This document shows positions 44,245-60,609 of a stretch of DNA of 64,000 bases, piece by piece. The stretch comes from the human T2T-CHM13v2.0 reference genome, Homo sapiens. The position numbers were made by a program, and so were the translations under genes. Location of the stretch: assembly GCF_009914755.1 (NCBI RefSeq), contig NC_060931.1. One strand, 5' to 3'. How positions within the stretch are numbered: the first letter of the stretch is position 1; each line of letters opens with the position of its first letter. The notes under the pieces were generated by a model. That model was not told the DNA's origin. It saw only the letters and a program-made list of their open reading frames with translations, and ran no database searches.

Positions 44245-44802
44245 CTGGCTACATAATTTTCTATTATACCCTCTTAGGTGTGTGCCTGAGGTCTGTGAAT
44301 TAAACAATAAAAAAGACAAATTCACAAGATTAAAAAAGAAGAAGCACACCAGTTTTATTTTAAATTTTACATGTGTGGAATCAGAAAGGAAGTGAAATCT
44401 CAAGTAGTTAGATTGGGGGGCTTATATACAATTTTAACAAAGGGTACTAAATTGTTGAGAATTGACTAGACAAAGAGGGTTTGGGTTTCTAGGGGCAAAA
44501 AAAATATTGTGGGAAGATGACATATATGGGGGAAACTAATGACAGGTAAGGGTTATTTCGTAAGGGTTGATTATGCAAACTCATTTCAGTGTTCTCTCTG
44601 TCTCTGGTGATAAGGATTGTTCTTCATTTGCTGGCACGGGAGTAGGAGCGGGCCTTCACAAGAGAGAATTAATGCCCGCTTTTAGGCAGATGGGGGAGGG
44701 CAGAGAGCTATTCCTGTTTCTGTTTTTTCTCAGTTGCCTTCAGCTCAAAATCATCCTTATTCCAATGTGGCATATTTTGGGGTGACATATTCTGGTTCCC
44801 TT
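44245..44802 (-). mobile_element. ERV1 solo LTR (MER34-like)
   Basis: Reverse complement starts AAGGGAACCAGAATATGTCACCCCAAAATATGCCAC...GATTTTGAGCTGAAGGCAACTGAG. Confidence 0.65.
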
Positions 44803-45129
44803 AAGTATAATCATTGTAGAGCAAATGCAGACACAGTACCTGTGATGTAAATATTTAGTGAATGAATTTAGTCCTGTGTGAAATCCTCCCTCCCCTCCCT
44901 TCCCATTCCTTCCCACCACTTCACGCTTAACCACAGTGCAGCATTCTTACTTTTTGAGGTGACATATTCTGGTTCCCTTAAGTATAATCATTGTAGAGCA
45001 AATGCAGGCACAGTACCTGTGATGTAAATATTTAGTGAATGTTAGTCCTGTGTGAAATGCTCCTCTCCCCGCCCTTCTCATTCCTTCCCACCACTTCACG
45101 CTTAGCCACAGCGCAGCATTCTTACTTTT
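44775..45129. repeat. ~177-bp tandem duplication (2 copies, ~90-95% identical)
   Basis: ggtgacatattctggttcccttaag...cattcttactttt occurs at ~44781 and ~44958. Confidence 0.95.
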
Positions 45130-45297
45130 CTCCTCCTGCTCAGCTTGGAGAATTCAGATGTCGATGAGACAAAATGGATCCTACTCTCCTGGAGATTACA
45201 GTCTAGCAGGGGAAATGTATATTAAGCAAATATCACACAAATAGTTGTTAAGTTGTGATAACTGCTGTGAAAGGAACGTATAGAGTGCTTTGAAAAT

Positions 45298-45590
45298 GCC
45301 CTGGCATGGTGGCTCACGCCTGTAATCCCAGCACTTTGGGAGGCTGTGGCAGGTGGATCACCTGAGGGCAGGAGTTCAAGACCAGCCTGGCCAACATGGG
45401 GAAACCCCGTCTCTACAAAGAATACAAAAATTAGCCAGGCGTGGTGGCTCGTGCCTATAATCCCAGCTGCTCGGGAACTAAGGCAGTAGAATCACTAGAA
45501 CCCAGGAGGCAGAGGTTGCAGTGAGCCGAGATTGCGCCACTGCACTCCAGCCTGGGCGATAGAGTGAGACTCCATCTTAAAAAAAAAAAA
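45298..45590 (+). mobile_element. Alu (AluSx-like) within L2
   Basis: Full dimer and polyA. Confidence 0.93.
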
Positions 45591-46000
45591 GAAAATACAT
45601 AGTACAGGATCTAGCCTAGTCTACAGAGTCAGAAATCTTCTCTGGGGAGGATCTCTGAAGGATCCTAGCATCAGGGAGATGGAGCAGAGGCAAGAAAGGG
45701 CATGCCAAACATAGGGAAGATAGTTGTGAAGGCTCCCAGTGAAGAAGAAGATCAATGCGCACAAGAAATTGAAAGAAGGTAGCGTAGTGAGGGAGAGCTT
45801 AGCTCAAAACCAAACCAAACCAAACAAAAACAAACTGGAGAGTTAACCGAGCTTAGGTCATTCTGCGCTGTGGTTAAGCGTGGTGTTAGTCATCTGATTT
45901 TTGGCAAGTTACTCCTTCTACGCCTCAGTCTGTTACATTAAGGTTGATCATTCTCATCTTCAGGGAGGCAGTTAAAATGGAAAATAAATCATATGAAACT

Positions 46001-46277
<277 letters not shown>

Positions 46278-46307
46278 GTATGTGAAACTTTTAACTGTAT
46301 GTCTGGT

Positions 46308-46517
46308 ATTTTTAAAAATTTTTATTTTTAAATTTTTATATATTTACTTATTTTTGAGACTTAACTGGGTTATGAGACTGGCTAATTTTTGTATTTTTGG
46401 TAGAAACAGGGTTTCACCATGTTGTCCAGGCTGGTCTCAAACTCCTGAGCTCAAGCGATCCATCGCCTTGGCCTCCCAAAGTGCTGGGATTACAGGCACA
46501 AGCCACCACACCCGGCT
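46308..46517 (-). mobile_element. Monomeric Alu (left arm plus short non-Alu tail plus A-rich tail)
   Basis: Minus strand reads left monomer ...AAAATTAGCCAGTCTCATAACCCAGTTAAGTCTCAAAAATAAG... Confidence 0.85.
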
Positions 46518-47275
46518 TGATATTATTTTTATCATTAAAAGTTTTACCTGTTTTCTAGGAAAAGCATTCTAAGATATTTTACACATTTTTCTGTCTTTTT
46601 GAACATAATATTTTAAACATGATACACCTTTTATTGATAACTTCAGGTTGTCATTATCAGCTTCAAACAGCATACTATACTAAAGTTTAGGTCTGATTGT
46701 CCTTGATTTAAATGATCCAGTATCCTGTCTTTTTGTGTTCTTGGGTCTGATTTGTATTTAATTTGTTATTTGTTTCCTTATTGTCAGGCATTTTCTTCCT
46801 GCTCATAGCTTACTGTCTTCTAGTAGTCTTTGTTTCCTTCTTTCTTTTGGAGTTAGAAATTGGATATAAGAATGTGTTGCTCTTTGTAAAGTTAAAGTAA
46901 ATAGACCTGAGGTGAGTAATAAGGCTTGTGAAATTTTAACATCTGTCTTGTCCCTTGAGAGGCCATTTTTGTTTACTTTCAATTCTTGGTTATTATGAAG
47001 ATTCATGAAATTGCTGGATATGTGAGCTGTATCTGCTCTCCAATTTGCCGGACAGTAATTGGACAGAGGAGAAAATTGGCTGTTCCATTGGGTAGTGTTT
47101 TCCTAGCACATTGTGGCTGGCTGGCTCAGGGCGCTATATCATGCTTATTAATTTATGTATGTAATGTGATACTTAGCATTTATTGTTTGTTATACCCAGA
47201 CATTGTTCTAGGTGCTTTACATGTATTAATGGTATTGATAATATTTTATTTCTATTGTGTAATCAATTTGATTAA

Positions 47276-47611
<336 letters not shown>

Positions 47612-48475
47612 TGGAACATCTTTATACTTAAAACAAGTAACTTTCTTTTTCTCCATGTAATTTCTGATAAATCCACTCCTGGAATGAATGTTTTAGAAAA
47701 TTTGACCAAGAGGTGCTTTTGAGCAGCATTAGATAACCCCTTCAGTATCTAAATGATTGATGAGAGGAGAGACTCCTTAATCTAGATTTAGAGACTTTCC
47801 ATACTGGCAGCAAGATGTACCAGAGTTCTTAAGAGGAGACTAATGAAAATATAAACATTTGTACAGAAGAATAGGTTAACATTTTTTGAGTTGATTACAT
47901 AGCAAGGAAAACTTGAGGTTTTATACTTAGGAGTGCTAGGAACTAGGCATTGTAATGAGAAAAATCTGGGCCCTGCAGGAGAATGTGAATTATTTTTGAT
48001 CCAGTACTTTATGCTCATTGTACTATGATAAATGATATCATTTCATATAAGGGCATTTTAATCTGATGCATTAGACTAAGGATAGTCTGAACTTTTTTGT
48101 TGCTACCACCACTTCAGTCTTTATCATTAATGAGAAGCTCAGATTGATAAAGTAATATTAAACTATTATTCTTAATATATTAATGTCAAAATAACAATTT
48201 TTTAGAGCACTTTTTTGTATACATCTCTACAAGATAGTTTATTTTGCTTACTAGCTGCTCAGCTTTTTTATATGTGGAATATGGATTTACTTGATTGTTT
48301 TAGATTATTATACTGAGAGGAGGATAAAGAACTGGACCAATATTGTTTGTGCAATTAGTTAATGCTGATGCACAGTGCAGTATATTGCAAGAACTTCAGG
48401 ACATACTTTTTTAGGTGGGTTTGTAAAACCTGTATATCTTCCAACCATGGAGATTACTCCAATCAGTAGCCCAAG

Positions 48476-48479
48476 TGTG

Positions 48480-48510
<31 letters not shown>

Positions 48511-48647
48511 GTATACATATATGTGTAATTATGTATAAATATATGCACATATATACATATATATACACGTGTATATATGTACACACATTTATACGTGTGT
48601 ATTTTACATATACATATACATATAGTGAGAGAGAAAGAGAGAGAGAG
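48476..48647. repeat. (CA)n/(TA)n/(GA)n compound microsatellite at the tail of an antisense Alu
   Basis: Read directly from the sequence. Confidence 0.9.
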
Positions 48648-48923
48648 ACTGTTTCATTCTGTTACCTTGGCTGGATTACAGTGACAAGGTCATAGATTAC
48701 TGCAGGGTAGAACTCCTGGGCTCAAGTGATCCTCCCACCTCAGCCTCCCCATTAGCTGGGTCTGTAGGCAAGAGCCAACATGTCTGGCTAATTTTCAAAT
48801 TTTTTGTAGTGACAAGGTCTTGCTACATTGCCCAGGCTGGTCTCAAACTCCTGGCCTCAAGCGATTCTCCTGCCTTGGCCTCCCAAAGTGCTGGGATTCC
48901 AGGGGTGAGCCAGAGTTCCTGAC
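48645..48923 (-). mobile_element. Alu (AluJ, diverged)
   Basis: Degenerate antisense dimer. Confidence 0.85.
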
Positions 48924-49334
48924 TGGCACTGATTTTTTTAATCAAATCAAGTTTTTACAGAAGTAAAAACAGATGCTTCACTATAGCCAGTTTCTAAAGA
49001 ATTCACCAACAACATCTCTTCTTATATAGTCATTCTTTATAGTCATTATCAAAATTGTGTACAAATGTATTGAAGAGCTTTATTGTAATTGTGGTTTCAT
49101 CAATCTGAATAGAAAATTTGTCACCTAGTTGCTCTTCAGTGTTAATTGACTTATTATCTGTGTATCTGCGAATTGAACCATTGCTCAATGGCAGTGCTTT
49201 AAAATACTGGAAGACTATCGATGCATCACTATTGAAATTACAGTCTCTAAGGTGGATAATATGACAGTCTTAGCAACTGTGTCACCACTACAAGGTTTTG
49301 GGGACTTTTTTGTTTTGTTATTTTGTTTTCACGT

Positions 49335-49905
49335 TTTAAAAAGCAGCTGTATGGAAATACAATTCACATACCATACTGTTCACCCATTTCATATGTATAA
49401 TTTAGTGGTTTTTAGGGTGTTCACAAAGTATATAACCACACCACAGTCAATTTAAGGACATTTTCGTCATCCTCAAGAGAATTTCTGTACCTGTCAACAG
49501 TCACTCCCTCTTCTTTCTTTTCTCCTCTAGTCTTAGGCAGACAAAATTATTCTGTCTCTAAAAAATTGTCTTTTCTGGACATTTCATGTAATGGAATCTT
49601 ATAAGATGTGGTCTTTCGTGACTGGCTTTTTTCACTTAGGTCTTCAAGTTCATGCATGTTGTAGCATTGGTCTCTATTTCATTGCTGAATAATATTCTGT
49701 TGTATGGACATTTTATATATCTCTTCATGAACTGTTGATGGGCATTTGTGTTTTTTCCAATTTTTGGGTACTATGAATAACATTCATGTGCAGGTGCAGG
49801 ATTTTATATGCACATGTTTTCATTCTGCTTGGGTAAACACCTAGAAGTGGAAAGTCTGGATCATATGGTCATTCGGGGTTTATTCTTTTGGGAAACTGCC
49901 AAACT
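49335..49905 (-). mobile_element. L1MB 3' end
   Basis: aattcacataccatactgttcacccattt...ttttctggacatttcatgtaatggaatc. Confidence 0.75.
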
Positions 49906-49912
49906 AGCTGCT

Positions 49913-49947
<35 letters not shown>

Positions 49948-50604
49948 GAATTTATACCACTTATTTACAGTCGAAAACATTTAGTTAAGATATTTTTACT
50001 TTAGGCCATTGTCTTCAAGGTGAGTTGTTTATTCTTCCCTCTTTGATGTGTGAACTTGTCCATTTGTGATGTAGATTAGTCATCACATCACAAATAGTAA
50101 ATGTAAATATACCATTTATACACATCCACCTAAATCTATTCTTTCTAAAATGCATATATCTATTTATCTTTCTGATGAACCAAGGGACATAAGTATGCCA
50201 TAACCATAATGAGATTGATACTAATTTGGACAATGAGAGTAAATGAGTCCTTCACAGAGCAAAAGGAATTCTATACATTTATTTAAAAGACAAATATTTG
50301 ATTTGTAAAAATAATATTAAGACAGTTGGAAGACATGTTTGAAACTGCATGGGAGGGAGTGTGATTAATAGAAAGTGTAGGGTTGGGAAGGAGGATTAGT
50401 TATGGCAGTTCCACAATGAGTCTGGAAGTTTAATAAAGGAAGTGTGCAGGGAATAACAGAAAAATCAAGGAAAAGGTAGTACCTGCTACTATCAATTGTC
50501 TGTTGAGATGGGAAAATGAAGCCTACAAATCTATTAATCATTTGAAGATATTAACAAAGATAATATATAATTTTTGTTCTCTGAGTTCCTTCCCCCGCTC
50601 CATG

Positions 50605-50964
50605 TGTATTAGCTCATTTTCATGCCGCTGATAAAGGCATACCTGTGACTGGGCAATTTACAAAACAAAGAGGTTTAATGGAGTCATAGTTCCACATGGC
50701 TGGGGAGGCCTCACAATCATGGCTGAAGGTGAAAGGCACATCTCACATGGCCACAGATGAGAGAAGAGAGCTTGTGCAGGGAAACTACCCTTTATAAAAC
50801 CATCAGATCTTGCGAGACTTATTCACTATCATAAGAATAGCATGGGGAAGACCCGCCTCCATGATTCAATTACCCCCCCACTGGATTCCTCCCACAATAC
50901 GTGGTAATTAAGGGAGCTACAAGTCAAGGTGAGATTTGGATGGTGACACAGCCAAACCATATCA
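50605..50964 (-). mobile_element. THE1B/C (MaLR) solo LTR
   Basis: tgtattag...acagccaaaccatatca with 5-bp TSD ccatg at 50600 and 50965. Confidence 0.92.
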
Positions 50965-51508
50965 CCATGTAAGAGTTTTGAATCTTGTCTCTAACTTATT
51001 TTGGACTCAAATTAGAAATTAGTCTTTCACTGGGCATATGCATATATCAGTTAGCTTTTACTACGTGATGAATCACCCCATACTTAGTGGATTAAAACAT
51101 CAAACATTTTTATTGTTCATTGGTCTGGGACTCGACTATGTAGTTCTTATGATTTGGACTGGCTCGATTAGGGTTGGATGATCTAGGATGGTGCCAGATG
51201 GGATGCTTAGGGGCTGAGGTCTTCTTCTCTGCATTGGTTTTCATCCTTGAAGAGGTCAGCTGGGGCTTATTCACATGGGAGCAAGCCTGCTGTGCTCAAG
51301 CAGTCTTCACGTTTGGGCTTGCATCATATTTGCTAGTATCCTGTAGTTTAACCCAGATTTGATGGGTGGAGAAATCGGCCGTATTTTTTGATGGGAGGTC
51401 CTGCAAAGTCAAAGTCCAAAAGCGGTGTGCACGCAGAGATGGTAAGAAATTTTGCCCCCCACCCCCTTTTTTTTTTCGTTACAGTCTTCTATACTGTCTA
51501 AAGAATTA

Positions 51509-51632
51509 AGATTATTCATTCATGCCCTCTCCTATTTTTTTTTTTCATTCTCCTAAGGTAGTTTTATGTTGAGATTATTCATTCATGGCCTCTCCTATTT
51601 TTTTTTTCTTTCTCCTAAGGTAGCTTTAGGTT
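51509..51632. repeat. ~63-bp tandem duplication (2 copies)
   Basis: agattattcattcatg(c/g)cctctccta(T)n c(a/t)ttctcctaaggtag occurs twice. Confidence 0.92.
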
Positions 51633-51664
51633 TCTTTCCTGAGGAAATTGTGTGAGATATAGAA

Positions 51665-52192
51665 GAAATAACTTAAAAGAATTGAAAACAGGGACTCAAA
51701 CAGATATTTTATACCCATGTTCATAGCAGCATCATTCACATTAGTTAAAAGACAGAAGCAACCCAAATATCCATCAGTGGATAAATGGAAAAATAAAATG
51801 TAGTGTATACATAGCATAGAATGTTACTCAGCCTTTAAAAGGGTGGACATTCTAACACATGCTACAACATGGATGAACCTTGGGGACATTATAATAATAC
51901 AGTCGCGAAAGGACAAATATTGTATGACTCCACTTATAGATGGTATCTAAAGTAGTCACATTCATAGAAACAGAAAGAATGATGGCTGTAAGGGGTGGGA
52001 TGGAGGGGAATAAGGGAATGGAGAGTTATTTAATGGGTAGTTTCAGCTTGGGAAGATGAAAAAAGTTCTGGAAATGGATGATGGTGATGATTGCACAACA
52101 CCATGAATGTACTTAATACTACTGAACTGTATACTTAAAAATAGTAAAAATGGTAATTTTTATGTTATGTATATTTTTCCTCAATTAAAAAA
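51665..52192 (+). mobile_element. L1MB 3' end (sense)
   Basis: gaattgaaaacagggactcaaacagatatt...aaaaagttctggaaatggatg. Confidence 0.8.
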
Positions 52193-52305
52193 GTATATTC
52201 ACTGCAACAGTGAAAAATTGGCAACTTCTAAATATCTAACAAGAGAGAAAAGGTAGCTAAGTAAATATTTCATTTAAGTTTTAGTAAATATTGGTTATTA
52301 ATTTA

Positions 52306-52603
52306 GGTTGGGTGTGATGGCTCATGCTTGTAATCCCAGCAATTTGGGAGGCTGAGGTGGGTCAATTGCTTGATTCCAGGAGTTTGAGACCAGCCTAGGC
52401 AACATAGCAAACCCTTGTCTCTATAAAAAATACAAAAATTAGCTTGGCGTGGTGGCATACACCTGAAGTTCCTACTCAGGAGCTACTCAGGTGGCTGAGG
52501 TGGGATAATCGCTTGAGCCCAGGAGGTCGAGGCTGCAGTAAGCTGAGATTATGCCAGTGCGCTCCAGCCCGGGCAACAGAGTGAGACCCTATCTTAAAAA
52601 AAA
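52306..52603 (+). mobile_element. Alu (AluJ)
   Basis: ggtcgaggctgcagt J-type diagnostic. Confidence 0.92.
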
Positions 52604-54712
52604 GGAAGTATTAGTTACTCATTTAAATGTTTGTGAAGACTATTTAATAAGAGAAAATACATCATAAATAAAATCAAGGCATAAATTTAAACACTACAGC
52701 CTCAAACATGTAAATAAAATGCATAAAAACAGGTATGTACTGCCTTTCAAACCATGAGATACAGTTATTTAAAAATAGGAGAAAAAAAGCCAAAGAGGAA
52801 TCAATCCATAGCCTTTTTAATAGAAAAGAAAAATATGATAGAAGTTGAGTACAACCTAATTAGCCTCCAAATGAGAATTCAAAATAGTTTAGAGAAGTTG
52901 AGCATTTGTCGGAAGTCAAGTTGTCCAGCCAGTACCGTTAGGAAGTTTTCAGATGAACTTCCCAGTGTAAAGCAGACCATCAGATCAATGGAAATGAATA
53001 CACATCTCAGTTTCTATAAGAACAGTAGGTTCTTACTGGAAAGGATGTAGTCAGTAAATGGTACTACAGAAATTTGGAAAAATCTCACAGATAATGTGTG
53101 GTTTAATTCACCTCACATTAGCTGATAAAATTAATTACAGATAGCTAAGTAGTAAAATATAACAAATGAAACAAAAAAATTAGAAGGTAAAAGTAAATAT
53201 TTATTAAATGCTTGGATATACAAATACTTCTTGCGTAATGAAAGAACTCTAAGAGGAAATGATAGCTTAATATTACCACAAAAATGTAAAACTTTTAATA
53301 ATCCAAACATATAAAATTAAAAGCCAAAAAATTTAATTGAATAATGTTGCCACAAATATGACAGAAAGGCTAAAGTTCTTACCAGATAAAATCCTCTTTT
53401 GGGTGAAAACCTGAGCATGTATCTTATTCCTGTTCTTGCCACAATATTTTATAGTTACTGTTTTTGTATCAGTCTCACTTGGGGTGGGGTGTGTGTGTGT
53501 GTACCTTTTAGATCTTGGTATTTTCAGGGACAAACACAAAGTCTAGTCCAGAAGGCATTTTGTAAATGTCTGAGTATGAACAAATTGGATTCTGGGGCTA
53601 TTATTTTACTGAGGTCTGAAATGCTGACAAATGCATTTGTTAATCGATGAAGCAGATTTGAGAAGGGGATAGAAAAATGTTCAGTTAAGTTACTGTGCAA
53701 ATGCAGCATACATTAACTTTCTTGGTGGAAAATATTTTAAAAGATGAAATATATATTCCAATAAAATATTTGGTGGCTATTGAAGTCACATTACAAAATG
53801 CAGCTACCACACATTGTTAGTTTATATGAATCAATTACAGGGGAGATCTTTCTGGTGCCATTTTTAATTTTTCCTCCTTCCAGTTGCTGAAGCCCTACCT
53901 TCATTCCTCTTGTCTTAATTTTCCCGCTCCCTTCTCTTTACCTCCTTTTTTCTCTATTCTCCCTTCCTTTCTTTTCCTTTCTCTATCGCCTTCTCCACAA
54001 CAGCTCAGTAAAAGAGTGAAGTTTTTGAGTTTCATTTATGCCTTTCCCTGTTTTGCTATAAAAATCAACCAAGGATGCTTTCAGATAGCACCAGTATGAT
54101 GAGGGAAATAAGCTTTCATTGCAGGATGATTACTGTTGGTGATGATGTATAAAATAAAGGGAGGGATGTTATGTGGAATGTTGACCCTTCAGGGCTTGTA
54201 AATGCACATTACGTGGTCTGGATGGTAAACTAAGTGAATTTAATATTAGCTACTGGAAATGACAGTGTTTATAAATTTTCAAAATGACGTTTGTATCTGT
54301 CAGGCTTTAGCTTTTATTGTATCGAATACACTTACTTTATTTTAATATTTTTCTAGAGCTGCTTTATGCTATGGGAAACACTAGTTGGAAATTGAAAACC
54401 CTAGACATTAGATGATTTTTATTTAACATTATCTTTTGTATTAGTTGTAATTATAATTTTCTGTTTGTAAGTCACTCTCCCAAAGCACAGGAGAAAAAAA
54501 CAAATTTTTCTTCCATGATTTTCTCACTGAGAATAATTCGTCTTATCTACTTAAAAATACGTTCTTTTAAACAATAAAAGTGGCTCTATCTAAGGCTGTT
54601 ACTTTATAAAATTGGAAAGTATTTATTTGTTAACACTTATTTATTTCTGTAGTCTTTGAAATTTGTATTCTCCCCCAATGTATTTTAGCAAAATGGGAGA
54701 AATGAAGGATAA

Positions 54713-55091
<379 letters not shown>

Positions 55092-56614
55092 CCATTTCAG
55101 TTCTGTTTTATGTATGTGTTTGTAACTTTAACAATATAATAATAATGGTGTGGATTCAGTTTTTTTTTTTAAACTGGATTTGAGTAGTTTATGACTCCTG
55201 TTTATTAAATCAAAATCAGCAAAAGTATTTCATCAATATTTGTCCTCTTCAAACATTTTAGTAAATTTTAGGAAGTTAAAGTGGAGTTGAATACCAGTCG
55301 TAAAGCTAGTAATACCTCTTCCAAAACAAACATACAAACAAACCCCTGAACTACAGTTGTGGACCTTCATTATCTTTCTGAGTGTTGTGCCTTAATGTGT
55401 TTGAGTCTCTCTGAGATGCATAATACGTGTTATTTGTTTGAGTTTCAGCCATAACTTAGTAGTGATTTTTCTCCATTATAGACTTTGCACATAATGAATT
55501 TCAGGAAATACACAACAACAGCTTCTTCCGCTTGTAGATAAAGACAGTAATATGATGGAGTGATCAAATACAAATGCTCCTTTAATTTATTTTACCAAGA
55601 CATTTATCCATGTTTTATTTATAAGGCAATTGAAGTCATTCATTTTGTATGGAACTCTTCCTCTTCTGAATAACAAATAATATATTATCATATATAGCGC
55701 ATTGGGGGAGGGAGTGATGAAAGCCAAACTTGAAAATAAAAGTTTAATATTTTGGGCTCATTGGGCACAATTATAGTGTTACTATCTTTGTTTTCAACTG
55801 AATCATAATTGTGTGTGCAGATTTTGAAAAAACCAGGATGGCATACGGCACAGAGTAGTATGGAAAAGAGAAAATTCTTTGTTCGAAGAGAGGGTTTTTT
55901 TTCCCTCCAGTTGAAGAGCATTTTAAATGCACAAAATCTGTCTCAGAAATATCCCTTTGAAAGATCTTTGCATACACAAGATTTAAAATGCTTTCATTCT
56001 GTGGGTGACTAGAATGAAATGGGAGCCTACATTCCCAAGAATCTCTGATATGACCATATAAAAACCATGACCAACTGGTTTGTTTTTAACTCTTACCATG
56101 TACGAGCCCATTTGAAGGGCATGGGCAATACTTCGTTTCTGAACCAAGTCAAGTTGACTGCTGGCATTTAACTCACCACCTTGTGTTTGCTGTTGCCTGA
56201 TGCCAGTAAGAAATACATCGAAAGCTGTAATATAATGATAACCATTATTTGCCCTCAGTTAAAAATCTAGCTAATGGGTCTGATGTGCCCACAGCTTCAT
56301 ATTGCTTGAGACTGCCCCCTTCTAGGATATTTTAGAATAAAAGATCAGACCAGAAAGAAAAGTTTAAAGCTCAGGATATCATAGAATAAATGGAAGATAA
56401 CCAGCTAGTTCTGTTAAAGCAGACTCTATATTTTAAATTCAGTAAGGATTTAAGTATATTAATGGTTACTAGTTTCCTATAAATTAGTTTGGGGAGGTCC
56501 ATGTAACATTGAAGTCATAGTTCACTGCCATGTTTTTCCAAAGTATGTTCACAGGTGTTTGGAATACGTATGATCTAATCTGAAAATTAAGAGTATATAT
56601 ACCTTTCAGTTCTT

Positions 56615-58006
<1,392 letters not shown>

Positions 58007-59867
58007 TCAGTTCTTACTATATCTTTCAACAGTGAGCTCTTCCTTAGTACTTTGAGTGTATCTGGCTTATAAACTACTATTTCAAGAATATCTCTTATAT
58101 AGAGATCCAAGCATACCTGATTATTATAAAGACTCTAGGTTGTGATTGTTTTAATATCCAGTTTGTCTTTCACAAAGTTACTCTATTGTCAGTGCATTTG
58201 AAATCCTTTCTTTACGAAGAGTCTGTGACATCTTGTAAGTGTAACATATAGCTTTCTTGAATTGTCTACCATACTGTAAGAGCTATGGTTCTTGGAGTGC
58301 TTCATAGTGTCCCTTCTGGGGTACGTTAGGATGGAGGACGCAGGATTTTGGATGGAGGAAAATGTGACTCCTGATATTGTGTTTGCTGAATTATTAATAT
58401 CACTGAGCTGCCTTTTTCTTAGAATAGCCACTGCTGGTAGGCTAATATTTCTAAGGTCAAACTGATTGCTAGAAATTATTCCTGTTGAGATCAGCTAGGC
58501 CATTTCAACCTTTACTTAGGTTTTATTGTAATTTTCAAGTGAGAATAATAAGCTAGTGTTGCTTCCTAACTTTTCTGTGTGTGTATTTCAGAACAGAACA
58601 ATTGCATATGTTTCTTGGCAGATTCTTTTTCATGATGTGGTTTATGCTGGAGTTGGTGAGACTGCTTCAGAGCATTTCCTCTTCCCCATCTTATGCCTTT
58701 CTGAAATAGAGTTTTTAATACTTTTTAAGTCATGGACCCCTTTTGACCTGTCAGGATAATGCTGTTTACTGTGTTAATGAATGCAAAGAGTACAAAAGGA
58801 AACCCACTATATTGAAATACAGGTACAATAAATAAGAAGATCTAGTGTCAAGTCTAATAATACTATAATTTCAAAGTAGTTATGAGTATAGGTGTAATTT
58901 TGAGATACCTGCAACACCTGTAATATAGTATGAAAGTATTTGTTATTTCTGTTGGTGACAGAATTGCAGGTATGTTAATACTGTTGTAGTTGTCTGTAAT
59001 CATAGTTGAAGGAAATGCTAAATTTCAGTAGAGGTTAGTGAAATAAAAGATACGTGTTTTCCCCCTCTAAGGTCATGCCCTTTTTGAATTCTTTCCATGG
59101 ATTCCAGATTAAGAAGTATTTTTCTAATGGGATTCCTGGTTTTCTGATTACTATTTCTCCTGAGCCAATATTCCAGAGAGAGAGACTGCGATTTGCCTTT
59201 CTTTCCTAAAGGGCTGAGTTCCCCAAACATTAGTGACAAGGCCTATAGTGCTGCTGAGGCTCCAGTATCTTTCACTTATTCTGCCAGAAGAGACACTTGG
59301 TTGGTACATTATTTTCTTTTTCCCAGATAATTGGCTCTTTCTGTTTTGAGAGACCAATACAATATTGTTACCAGGCTGTTGAGAAATTCTTATTTCTTTG
59401 GAATGGTATAAACCAAAGGATAAATCAGTTTTTCAGAAATCCCTAGTCTTTTTCTTTCTAATATGCTCAAATGTTAATCTTATTTATAAATCTTGATGAC
59501 TCTTTCTTTATTCAAGTTGATATCAGGTTAGGAATTTGCGATATGGGATTGCTAATTTAAAATACACCAGTTATTCACTGGACTAAGAAGAAAGATCAAA
59601 TTGGCTTGCAGAGAATTCTTTAAAAACAATGAAAACAAGAACAAACAAAGATTTTATAAAATTTTATCCATTGATCCTACATTCTGTTGCTCAAGAGAGA
59701 AGCTTACCAGGATGTGACTTTCTGAAGCCAGTGAATTTATCATGACTACCTGGTTTAGCACATAGATTCGCAAAGGCATTTCATGTCCCTGGGCCCAGTA
59801 GAGAGAATCAGCAGTAAGAATACAATTACTTTAATTTTACTGTAGAAACGTAATCAAAAGTAGATAT

Positions 59868-60211
<344 letters not shown>

Positions 60212-60268
60212 TTACAAAGGGACAATAACCATAATACCACCCCTGTTAACTGGATTTTTCTTACATCA

Positions 60269-60609
<341 letters not shown>

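Noticed and set aside
56311-56326. CTCF-like motif (minus strand CTAGAAGGGGGCAGT); similar partial matches near 6575 and 12008
   Set aside because: Each has two or more core mismatches, and such hits are expected by chance without ChIP data.
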